Below are positions 16,778 to 24,899 of a DNA stretch of 32,000 nucleotides, one piece after another. The notes beneath the pieces are model-generated. The model was not told where the DNA came from. It did not search any database and was given only the letters and a program-made list of their open reading frames with translations. Positions within the stretch are counted from its first letter, which is position 1. Every line of letters starts with the position of its first letter. Position numbers and translations under genes: made by a program. This DNA comes from Promethearchaeum syntrophicum (GTDB taxonomy: Archaea; Asgardarchaeota; Lokiarchaeia; Sigyniarchaeales; Promethearchaeaceae): positions 3,810,001 through 3,842,000 of the forward strand of contig NZ_CP042905.2 of the NCBI RefSeq assembly GCF_008000775.2, written 5' to 3'.

Positions 16778-18097
16778 CTATTGATAACTCTTATAATCTT
16801 CATAGGATTTAGGGAAATTGGCTTTTTCACCTAACTCTTCTTCAATCCGGAGTATCTGATTATATTTTGACAACCTATCTGAACGACAAGGGGCACCGGA
16901 TTTTATTTGACCCGTACATAATCCCACAACAATATCCGCAATTGTATTATCTGATGTTTCCCCTGAACGATGAGATACCATTACAGTATAATTATTTTCA
17001 TAAGCCATCTTACATGCAGCAATTGCTTCCGAAATGGAACCGATTTGATTAATTTTTAAGAGAAGAGAATCACCAGCTCCAATATTTATTGCTTTTTGCA
17101 GTCTGACTACATTAGTTACCGTGAGATCGTCTGTAATAATTTGACATTTTCCTTTAACTTTTTTAGTTAAAGCTGCAAAATCTTCAAAAGCCTCCTCATC
17201 AAATGGATCTTCAATTGATTTGATAGGATATTTATCAACTAAAGCAGCCCAGAAATTAATCAATTCAGTTGGAGTGAGTTTTTTTCCGTCAATATTATAA
17301 ATATTGTTTTCTTTATCATAAAACTCTGCAGCAGCAGGATCCATTGCTAAAATGACATCCTTTCCCGGAACATATCCCGCAGCTTTAATCGATTCCATTA
17401 TAATATTCAAAGCTTCTTCTGTAGTATTTAGTGCAGGTGCAAAACCACCTTCATCACCTACGTTAACGCTTGTTGCCCCATATTTTTCTCTAATTACTTT
17501 TTTCATCATATGGTACACTTCTGCAGTAATTCTAAGAGCTTCTGAAAAATTTGGAGCGCCTATGGCTTGAATCATGAATTCTTGAGGTGCTAAGTTTCCT
17601 CCTGCATGTTTACCCCCATTTAGTACATTTGATGAAGGTATTGGAAGCAAGTATTTATCTGCCTTTTTCCCATGAGCCAATTCATATACGTATTCATAAA
17701 GTGCTTGATTTTTAATTTTAGCAGCAGCCTTTAAAGCACACATTGAAACCGAAAGTATTGCATTCGCCCCAAAATTCCCTTTATTATCTGTTCCATCAGC
17801 TTTAATCATTGCGTTATCAATGTTTTCTTGATCATCGCAATTCATTCCAACTACTATTTTACTTATTTCCTTATTTACATTTGAAACAGCCTTTAATACA
17901 CCTTTCCCAGCGAATTTTTTTGGATCACCATCGCGTAGTTCAACGGCTTCAGCTTCACCTGTACTAGCTCCTGAAGGAACAGCTGCTCGAACAAACGTAT
18001 TTCCTGCCCACATATCACACTCAACAGTCGGATTTCCTCTTGAATCTAAAATCCAGCGAGCTTTTATTTTTTTAATTGTAAAGTCCATTTTTACCAT
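16778..18097 (-). CDS. eno: Enolase (2-phosphoglycerate dehydratase)
   Basis: [11 protein letters not shown] at the N-terminus, SGETSD, and [25 protein letters not shown]-type C-terminus (here [26 protein letters not shown]). Confidence 0.95.
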   Translation of the reverse strand: [439 protein letters not shown]

Positions 18098-18150
18098 CTC
18101 AATTAAATCAATTCATTTTAATCATTAAAACTTAAACAAGTTTTCATTTC

Positions 18151-19143
18151 TCACATAATTTTTAATTTCATATTAAAATCCAAATCCCTTAAAGTAATAT
18201 CTCCTGGAGTTAGCTCATGGATTGTAAACGCTTTCTTAATTTGACCAAAATATGGTTCAGATGAAAAAATATGATAAAGAACATCGGAGAACACCATTTG
18301 ATACCCTCCTCTTATATCTTCGTGCGATCTTATTATTCTCTTCTGGTTGTTTAACTCTAAAAATTGTTTGACTTCATCATGAGTATAATAAAAATGCCCA
18401 TGATAAGACCTTTCATCCTTCATTTTTAAGTTAGTTATAATCGGATCATTCCAGCGGACCTGAACAAAAGCATCAAATAGATTTTTCTTCAAAGTCTTAT
18501 CAGAAATATTACGATATCCAATATGTGGTTTAGGTATCTGATCAAACAATTGCAAAGATGGAATGCTTTTAGGAATTCCGGCATGCATACATACTGAATG
18601 TTTAGGAGTTATTGCAACTAACGGCATTAGATTATAAATCGCATTTATGATAGAGAGAACCGCTTGAAACTCTTTATTAATAGGAAAGTAATTTTGCAGT
18701 TCTTCATAAAAGCCAAATAGTAAATTTAATTCAAGATCTTCATGATTACCTCGAAGTAAAATTACCCGTTCAGGCCATAGTATTGACATACTTACTAAAA
18801 AAAAGAAATTCAAATAACTCTGTTCCCCTCGATCTACATAATCTCCTAAAAATAGTATGGAATCTACTTTACCCTCAAAAAATGGTTTTACTATTCTTAA
18901 AGTGGAATTAAGATCACCGTGAGTGTCTCCTACGATTAGTAAATTGTTGAAATTTTCGCTATTGATCTTATCCAAATAAACAGCATTAGAGAATTCCTGA
19001 GAAACTTGTTGATATTTTATCCATATTTGGGCTAATTGATGAAGAGTAAATGGTGTAATATCTTTCATTATTAAATAGACTGAAGGAGTCTCAACAAAAC
19101 TTTGAATAAATTTAGGGACATACCTTCTATCAAATGGTCTCAT
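18151..19143 (-). CDS. PPP-family Ser/Thr protein phosphatase (PP1/PP2A-type metallophosphoesterase)
   Basis: GDTHGD, GDYVDRG, LRGNHE, a HAG (HGG-equivalent) and RSHE motifs in canonical order. The ORF track starts at a TTG (19161); the first ATG is 19141-19143. Confidence 0.85.
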   Translation of the reverse strand: MRPFDRRYVPKFIQSFVETPSVYLIMKDITPFTLHQLAQIWIKYQQVSQEFSNAVYLDKINSENFNNLLIVGDTHGDLNSTLRIVKPFFEGKVDSILFLGDYVDRGEQSYLNFFFLVSMSILWPERVILLRGNHEDLELNLLFGFYEELQNYFPINKEFQAVLSIINAIYNLMPLVAITPKHSVCMHAGIPKSIPSLQLFDQIPKPHIGYRNISDKTLKKNLFDAFVQVRWNDPIITNLKMKDERSYHGHFYYTHDEVKQFLELNNQKRIIRSHEDIRGGYQMVFSDVLYHIFSSEPYFGQIKKAFTIHELTPGDITLRDLDFNMKLKIM

Positions 19144-19205
19144 CTTTAAAGCCCTAATCAATATTTTGTAATAAATTTACTTGATAATGTAATGGATCGG
19201 AGAAT

Positions 19206-19796
19206 TTAAAAAAGTTCTTCCCATTTTTCGATTACTTTGAAGAATTCTTTGATTTGGGGGTGATCCAGATCTATTTTTTTAATTTTAAAAAATTCTTCCC
19301 ACCCTTCACGTATATCACCGGGAGTCAATAAAGTTTCAAAATCCTCTTTTGTCTGAAGAAATCGGAGATAACCATCATGTAGTTCTTCATTTATAACTTC
19401 AGCTCCAAATATTTTGTTGACTTTAGTTGTAAAACCAAAATAATGCTTGATCGGATTGATAGTATTAGTCTTATATCGAAGAACTAAGTAATTTTCTATT
19501 GAATTATCTAAATTTCCCCCCTTTTCATGAAAAATTGACTGAAATTCGAGGTTATTATCTATGAAATTTTCAAATATAAATACATAAAATGAAAAAGACT
19601 TTTCGTAAATTTTTTCAAAATCATTTTTTGATTCAAAATTGATTCTAATGAAAGATTTATCTCCTAAATCAACAATTTCAGGATCTTTCTTATATAAAAG
19701 TTTGAAAGCCTTACCAATTTTCTTCAACATTTCTAATTTTGATAATTCCTCTTCCAAAGTTCGTTCTATTGAAATTTCTAGGAAGGGTTTAATCAT
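19206..19796 (-). CDS. Hypothetical protein (196 aa)
   Basis: A clean ORF, co-directional with and just upstream of the phosphatase. No motif recognised. Confidence 0.5.
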   Translation of the reverse strand: MIKPFLEISIERTLEEELSKLEMLKKIGKAFKLLYKKDPEIVDLGDKSFIRINFESKNDFEKIYEKSFSFYVFIFENFIDNNLEFQSIFHEKGGNLDNSIENYLVLRYKTNTINPIKHYFGFTTKVNKIFGAEVINEELHDGYLRFLQTKEDFETLLTPGDIREGWEEFFKIKKIDLDHPQIKEFFKVIEKWEELF

Positions 19797-19850
19797 ATCA
19801 TTTATAATTATTTACATCCTATGTTTTTTTTTATCTAATAAAAAAAAAAA

Positions 19851-20840
19851 TTAAAAATTAATATCTTGGCCAATGTTTTCTTTTAGAGCTCTATCGTATA
19901 CAAGTTTTGCAACAGCAACATCTTGAGCAGCAATTCCGACCGATTTAAAGACTGTGATCTCAGAAGACGATTTTCGGCCAGAAGCTTTTCGATTTATTAT
20001 ATCTCCAATCGAAATTATATCATCTTTCGATATGATTCCTTCACTAATCGGAATAATGTAATCCCCTGCTTCGGCAATACATGCATCTTTCAATCCCGCA
20101 ACAAGTAAATTTGCTTTCTTAATGGTTAAAGAATCTAATTCTCTAGCTTTAGGCGCATGTGCTCCAATAGATGAAATATGCATTCCTTCTTGAATTTTTT
20201 CACCCGAAAACAATGGTTCAGAGCTGGTCGAAGCCGCCACTAATATATCAGAACTGAAGAATTCATCTTTTACTTCATCAATTATTTCAATATCAATCCC
20301 AAGTTCTTTCTCAAGTTCAAGCTTAAATGATTCGGATGCTGCTCTATGAACATCAAATACCTTACATTTCTCCAGTTTTTGATTTAATGCCCAATAAGTT
20401 GCAACTACTTGTTTCTTTGCTTGAGTTCCTGCTCCGAATATGCTCATTTCAGTGCTATCCTTCCGCGCTAAATATTTTACCGAAACCCCTGTAGCAGCAC
20501 CAGTTCTCATAGCAGTAATCAATCCCCCATCCATAATTCCTACTATTTCACCAGTATTAATATCTTGAATCATTATCTTACCAAGAACCGTAGGCATATT
20601 GTGCTTCTCAGGATTATCTTTATACACTGAAACGATTTTTGTTGCTAAAGCATTCATCCCGCCACCGATAATCCCGGGCATAATAAGTGTTAATCCAGGA
20701 GCAAGGTCAGTTATTGCAATTCGTTGAGGAACTATTGCATTTCCTAGCGAAAGCTGTTTATAAGCATTTTCAACATAATTTAAGGTATCAGACATAGTTA
20801 GGAGTTCAGCCACATTCATTTTATTCAAAATTCGTACCAT
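19851..20840 (-). CDS. Ornithine cyclodeaminase / mu-crystallin family NAD(P)-dependent enzyme
   Basis: 329 aa. Family-typical layout with the Rossmann loop IFGAGTQAKKQV, ITAMRTGAATG upstream and GIAAQDVAVA near the C-terminus. Confidence 0.8.
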   Translation of the reverse strand: MVRILNKMNVAELLTMSDTLNYVENAYKQLSLGNAIVPQRIAITDLAPGLTLIMPGIIGGGMNALATKIVSVYKDNPEKHNMPTVLGKIMIQDINTGEIVGIMDGGLITAMRTGAATGVSVKYLARKDSTEMSIFGAGTQAKKQVVATYWALNQKLEKCKVFDVHRAASESFKLELEKELGIDIEIIDEVKDEFFSSDILVAASTSSEPLFSGEKIQEGMHISSIGAHAPKARELDSLTIKKANLLVAGLKDACIAEAGDYIIPISEGIISKDDIISIGDIINRKASGRKSSSEITVFKSVGIAAQDVAVAKLVYDRALKENIGQDINF

Positions 20841-21059
20841 GCATAAATTGAATATATTCTAGTAAAAAAACTTTTAATAGAAAAAAATGGAATCTAACAT
20901 ACCAAATTTTCTTTTGAGAAATAGGATTTGTTACAAAAAATTAAATAATTTTATTAGAAAAACTAATCCCAATTTAGAAAAAGAAATAATAGGTTATTTG
21001 AAATTAAAGATGTGAACAAATTGATTAAATTTAGTGATAAACAACTTAAAATTCCAAAA

Positions 21060-22442
21060 ATGAGCAAACCGGTTTATTTAGCTACTGTCGGAATGTCGAA
21101 ATTTGGAAGATCTTTTCCTGAAACGCGAACTGAAGAACTTGCAATTCAAGCTTTAACCGCTGCAGCAGATTTCTTAAAAATGACTCCTGCAGAGCTCAAA
21201 AGTTATATCCATACTTGTTATTATGGTCATTTTGCAGATCATTTCGGAGATCAATTATTGGGTGAATCAGTCATTCATGATAGATTGGGATTAGATCCGC
21301 TTGGAAATATTGGTGTTAAAACTGGAGGTGCTACAGGGGGCTCTACAATGTGGGAAGCAATAAAAGCTGTAGCTTCTGGATATAGTAATTGTTCCTTAGC
21401 GCTTGGATGGGAAAGAATGGATGAAGCTCCGACTGATGAGGGAAACCATTTAATTTCTGCAGCCGCAGATAAAGATTGGGAAACCCCAATGGGCCACATT
21501 TATACAGGTTATTATGCAGTTATGGCCCAGCGTTATTGGAAGATTTTCGGAAAATCTGAAGATTCTTTTAGACGTACTATGGCAGAAGTATCGGTAAAAA
21601 ATCATGGATATGCAAGGATGAATCCTTATGCACAAGCTCCTATGAAAATTACTGTTGATGATGTAATTAAATCACCAATTGTAGCTGATCCTTTACGTGT
21701 ATTAGATTGTTGCTTAATGAGTGTAGGTGCTGCATGTGGTATAGTCTGTGATGAGAAAACTGCTTATGAATTAACCGATAATCCGCTACGAATATGGATT
21801 GGAGCAGGAAGTCACACTTTACGTGTTGCAGACCGACGTGATATGGAAATTCCACTACTTCCAAACGAAAAAGTAGGACAATATGATGATTTAGCTACAA
21901 GATTTCCAGGTGCTGATCGCTATCCAGGATTTACTGGTTTCTTAGCGGCGCGTGTAGCGGCTTATTATGCTTACAATATGACAGGTATCAAGGATCCGAC
22001 AGACGATCTTGATGTTGTTGAACTTCATGATGCATTTACAATAAGTGATATCCAAACTTATGAAGATGTAGGAATTCGTCCTTACGGTGAGGGTCGAGAT
22101 TATATTGAGTCTGGAGATGCATACCATATCAATCCTAAAACGGGGAAACCAGGAAAACTGCCTAGCAATCTTAGTGGTGGATTAATTGGAACTATGCATG
22201 CAGTAGGTGCTACAGGTTTAATGCAAATTGCAGAAGTTGGATATCAAATTTGGAATAGATGGGATGAAATACACGAAGATTCCGCCAAATGGAAAGAATT
22301 TGGTCGAGAAAAACCGAGTGATTGGACAAGCCTACAGGTTAAAGGGGCAAAAAGAGGACTAGCAATCAGTCATGCAGGAGTAGGATCACATGTTACTGCT
22401 ACAATTCTAATGGACCCAAATCATTTACTCAAGGAGGACTAA
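21060..22442 (+). CDS. Thiolase-fold (SCP-x/archaeal type) protein lacking the canonical catalytic cysteines
   Basis: MSKPVYLATVGMSKFG start, GWERM (GxEKM), VADPLRVLDCC, ELHDAF, SGGLIGTMHAVGATG. The nucleophile box reads GGATGG where CASGG is expected (Gly codon 21327-21329). The HDCF box reads HDAF (22026-22037). The ORF track begins at a GTG (21012); I prefer the ATG at 21060. Confidence 0.8.
   Translation: MSKPVYLATVGMSKFGRSFPETRTEELAIQALTAAADFLKMTPAELKSYIHTCYYGHFADHFGDQLLGESVIHDRLGLDPLGNIGVKTGGATGGSTMWEAIKAVASGYSNCSLALGWERMDEAPTDEGNHLISAAADKDWETPMGHIYTGYYAVMAQRYWKIFGKSEDSFRRTMAEVSVKNHGYARMNPYAQAPMKITVDDVIKSPIVADPLRVLDCCLMSVGAACGIVCDEKTAYELTDNPLRIWIGAGSHTLRVADRRDMEIPLLPNEKVGQYDDLATRFPGADRYPGFTGFLAARVAAYYAYNMTGIKDPTDDLDVVELHDAFTISDIQTYEDVGIRPYGEGRDYIESGDAYHINPKTGKPGKLPSNLSGGLIGTMHAVGATGLMQIAEVGYQIWNRWDEIHEDSAKWKEFGREKPSDWTSLQVKGAKRGLAISHAGVGSHVTATILMDPNHLLKED
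22431..22438 (+). promoter_or_regulatory. Shine-Dalgarno-like AAGGAGGA 8 nt upstream of the DUF35 ATG (translational coupling with thiolase-like gene)
   Basis: AAGGAGGA lies inside the 3' end of the upstream CDS, with a stop-to-start gap of 4 nt. Similar boxes precede the 24321 ATG (GAGGGAG) and the minus-strand ATG at 29953-29955 (AAGGAGGA). Confidence 0.5.
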
Positions 22443-22446
22443 GAAA

Positions 22447-23046
22447 ATGGTCAAAGCAGAAGAAGATATTGGAAGAGTAAAAATTGTAAATGGAAGATAT
22501 AAATTAAGTGGAAAATTCCATATTCCTGAAGCAAATCAACCAATTTTTAATGAAGATACTGGAAAATTGGCAGGCATAACCAATCCAAGAGATATGACTT
22601 ACGTACATTCCTACGGTGGGGAAGCGATTTTCTTTGAAGGAATAGCTACAGGAAAACTTTGGGCTTCACGTTGTGATAACGAAAAATGCGCAAATCCTGG
22701 AACTATCTATGAACCATTTAGAATTTATTGCCCTGATTGCCTAAGGAAAGCAACACCAATAGATATCACAGAAAAGGCGCGAAAAACTGCAAGAGTTCAT
22801 TCATATATAATAACCGCACGTTCTGGGGCCTTTAATTCTCTAAAATTGCCAATAAAATTTATAAATGTTGAATTTGAAGGTGTGGCTACAATTTTAATGG
22901 GATATCTATCCGTGGGAGAACCAGAAATGGGAATGCGTGTTGTGCCCATTTTTAATACTAAAAAACCAACCTATACAATTGTTGACATCTCTTGGGTTCC
23001 TGAAGGTACTAAAGAATCAGAATTACCAGAAGGATTTACTTTTTAA
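22447..23046 (+). CDS. DUF35 (Zn-ribbon + OB-fold) acyl-CoA-associated protein
   Basis: Zinc ribbon CDNEKC...CPDC, followed by an OB-fold-like segment (ARVHSYIITARSGAFNSLKLPIKFINVEFEG...MGMRVVP). Canonical partner position immediately after a thiolase-fold gene. Confidence 0.8.
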   Translation: MVKAEEDIGRVKIVNGRYKLSGKFHIPEANQPIFNEDTGKLAGITNPRDMTYVHSYGGEAIFFEGIATGKLWASRCDNEKCANPGTIYEPFRIYCPDCLRKATPIDITEKARKTARVHSYIITARSGAFNSLKLPIKFINVEFEGVATILMGYLSVGEPEMGMRVVPIFNTKKPTYTIVDISWVPEGTKESELPEGFTF

Positions 23047-23123
23047 GTTTTAATGGGGTATTTCCATTTTTTTATATTTATTTTTTTTTTGTAATTACCA
23101 ATAATTTGAGATGATAAAATAAA

Positions 23124-24305
23124 ATGAATCATATTTTTTACAGCGAAGAAGAATTAGCGTTTAGGGATGAAGTTAGAGCCTTTTGTGAAAGGGAACTTGC
23201 ACCTTACGAAGATGAAATCCAAAAAACCAATCCCTTTAGGCGAGATCTACTACAAAAAATCGCACAAGCGGGTTATATGTCTGTACACCATCCTCCAGAA
23301 GTAGGAATTGGAAAACACTGTGGAAAAGGCTTGGTATATGAAACTATCGTAGCAGAAGAAATTTCAGCAGTCATTGCAGGTCTTGATATGGCTCGAATGG
23401 CTTCAGCGACTCTTTTTGGAAAACCTGTAGCTCGTTTTGGAACACCAGAACAGATCGAAAAATATTTAAAACCAGTATTACGAGGGGAAAAAATAGGAGC
23501 GATAGGAATAACAGAACCAAATGTTGGATCGGATACTGCTCGGATGGAAACTCATGCAGAAATTTCAAAAGATGGAAAGGGTTTCGTTCTTAATGGCAAG
23601 AAATATTATATTACAAATGGAAGTCAAGCGGATTTCTTGTGTGTCTTTGCAATTACCGATAACACAGTAAATCCAAGAAAAGGAATGACAGCTTTCATTG
23701 TTGAAAAGACTATGCCTGGATTTACTACCGTGAAAGATATAGATCTAATGGGAATGGCTGGTTCACGTGTTTCCGAATTAGCTTTTAAAGATGTTTTTAT
23801 TTCTAATGATCAATTATTAGGAGGAATAAACAACGGCTTCGGCATCCTTATGGATGAACTTGACTCAGAACGCGTTGCTATTGCAGGAGAATGTCTTGGA
23901 TATGCAAGACCTGCCTTAGAAAGTGCAATAACCTATTCAAAAGAACGCATTCAATTTAAACGACCCATCAAAGATTTTGAAGGAATTAATTTTAAAATTG
24001 CAGATATGGCTACAGACTTTGAAGCAGCGCGTTTACTTACGTTAAAAGCTGCACGCGCTTATGATAATGGCGAAAGAATTACCAAGGAGGCGGCTATGGC
24101 GAAAATATTTGCTTCTGAAATGGCCATTCGGGTATGTGATCAAGCCCTTCAAATACTTGGTGGAAGAGGATATGAAAAGGAGCATAAAATCGAACGCTAC
24201 TATCGTGATGCTAGACTCATGACTATGGGTGGAGGTACTGTAGAAATTCTCCGTTATTTAACTCAGCGAGAAATTTACAAAAAATTTGATGGTAAATATT
24301 GGTAA
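23124..24305 (+). CDS. Acyl-CoA dehydrogenase (FAD-dependent), IVD/LCAD-type catalytic-base placement
   Basis: GITEPNVGSDTARM, YITNGSQADF, and the C-terminal YYRDARLMTMGGGTVEILR. Gly sits at the MCAD Glu376-equivalent position (codon 24231-24233). Glu sits in LDSER (codon 23868-23870), equivalent to IVD LDLER. Confidence 0.9.
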   Translation: MNHIFYSEEELAFRDEVRAFCERELAPYEDEIQKTNPFRRDLLQKIAQAGYMSVHHPPEVGIGKHCGKGLVYETIVAEEISAVIAGLDMARMASATLFGKPVARFGTPEQIEKYLKPVLRGEKIGAIGITEPNVGSDTARMETHAEISKDGKGFVLNGKKYYITNGSQADFLCVFAITDNTVNPRKGMTAFIVEKTMPGFTTVKDIDLMGMAGSRVSELAFKDVFISNDQLLGGINNGFGILMDELDSERVAIAGECLGYARPALESAITYSKERIQFKRPIKDFEGINFKIADMATDFEAARLLTLKAARAYDNGERITKEAAMAKIFASEMAIRVCDQALQILGGRGYEKEHKIERYYRDARLMTMGGGTVEILRYLTQREIYKKFDGKYW

Positions 24306-24320
24306 ATATGAGGGAGAAAA

Positions 24321-24752
24321 ATGGAGCACGTCAAACTAGCGGATTGGGATAAAATCCAAGTAGGAGATAAAGGTTTTCACGGAAAAACTATAACCGAAAC
24401 GGATCTTGTTCTTTTTGCGGGAATTTCTGGAGATTTTAATCCAATGCATGTAAATAAAGAATATGCAAAAAATACCAAATATGGGAAGAGAATCGTACAT
24501 GGAATCGTGAGTGTTTCCTTAATAGCGGGCGTATTAGGAATGAAACTTCCTGGGCCAGGAACAGTTCACGTTTCCCAAAAGGTAGATTTTAAAAAGCCAG
24601 TTTTCATCGGAGATACTTTAACTGCTGTGGCTGAAATCTTAGAAAAATTTACGAAAAAGGAAGGGAAACTAAGATTTCTCAAAATTAAAACTGATGTTTA
24701 CAATCAAAATAAAGAAATTGTAACTGACGGTGAAGCCTTAGTAATTATCTAA
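24321..24752 (+). CDS. MaoC-like (R)-specific enoyl-CoA hydratase (hot-dog fold)
   Basis: Hydratase-2 motif FAGISGDFNPMHVNKEYA; 143 aa single hot-dog. SD-like GAGGGAG upstream, with a 15-nt gap after the ACAD gene. Confidence 0.85.
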   Translation: MEHVKLADWDKIQVGDKGFHGKTITETDLVLFAGISGDFNPMHVNKEYAKNTKYGKRIVHGIVSVSLIAGVLGMKLPGPGTVHVSQKVDFKKPVFIGDTLTAVAEILEKFTKKEGKLRFLKIKTDVYNQNKEIVTDGEALVII

Positions 24753-24863
24753 ATGAAAACTAATTGACCAATTTATCTCTTATATTTTTTTAAGATTTCT
24801 ATTATCTTGTTAAATCTATCTGTGTAGAACTATTAAAAATCTTCCTATTTTCTTCCTATTTTC

Positions 24864-24871
24864 TTTATATA
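24864..24871 (+). promoter_or_regulatory. TATA-like box TTTATATA about 32 nt upstream of the 24900 ATG (own promoter, near-leaderless mRNA)
   Basis: Located in the 147-nt spacer after the MaoC gene. No SD-like sequence precedes the ATG. Confidence 0.35.
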
Positions 24872-24899
24872 TTGTACTGTCTTTTTTCCTTCGTATATA

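Noticed and set aside
23067-23090. T7 + TTTATATTTA + T10 block between the DUF35 and ACAD genes, considered as a defined terminator-promoter pair.
   Set aside because: It plausibly does both jobs. However, the T-runs flank the TATA-like element, so termination and initiation signals cannot be separated by eye. It is left uncalled pending transcript mapping.
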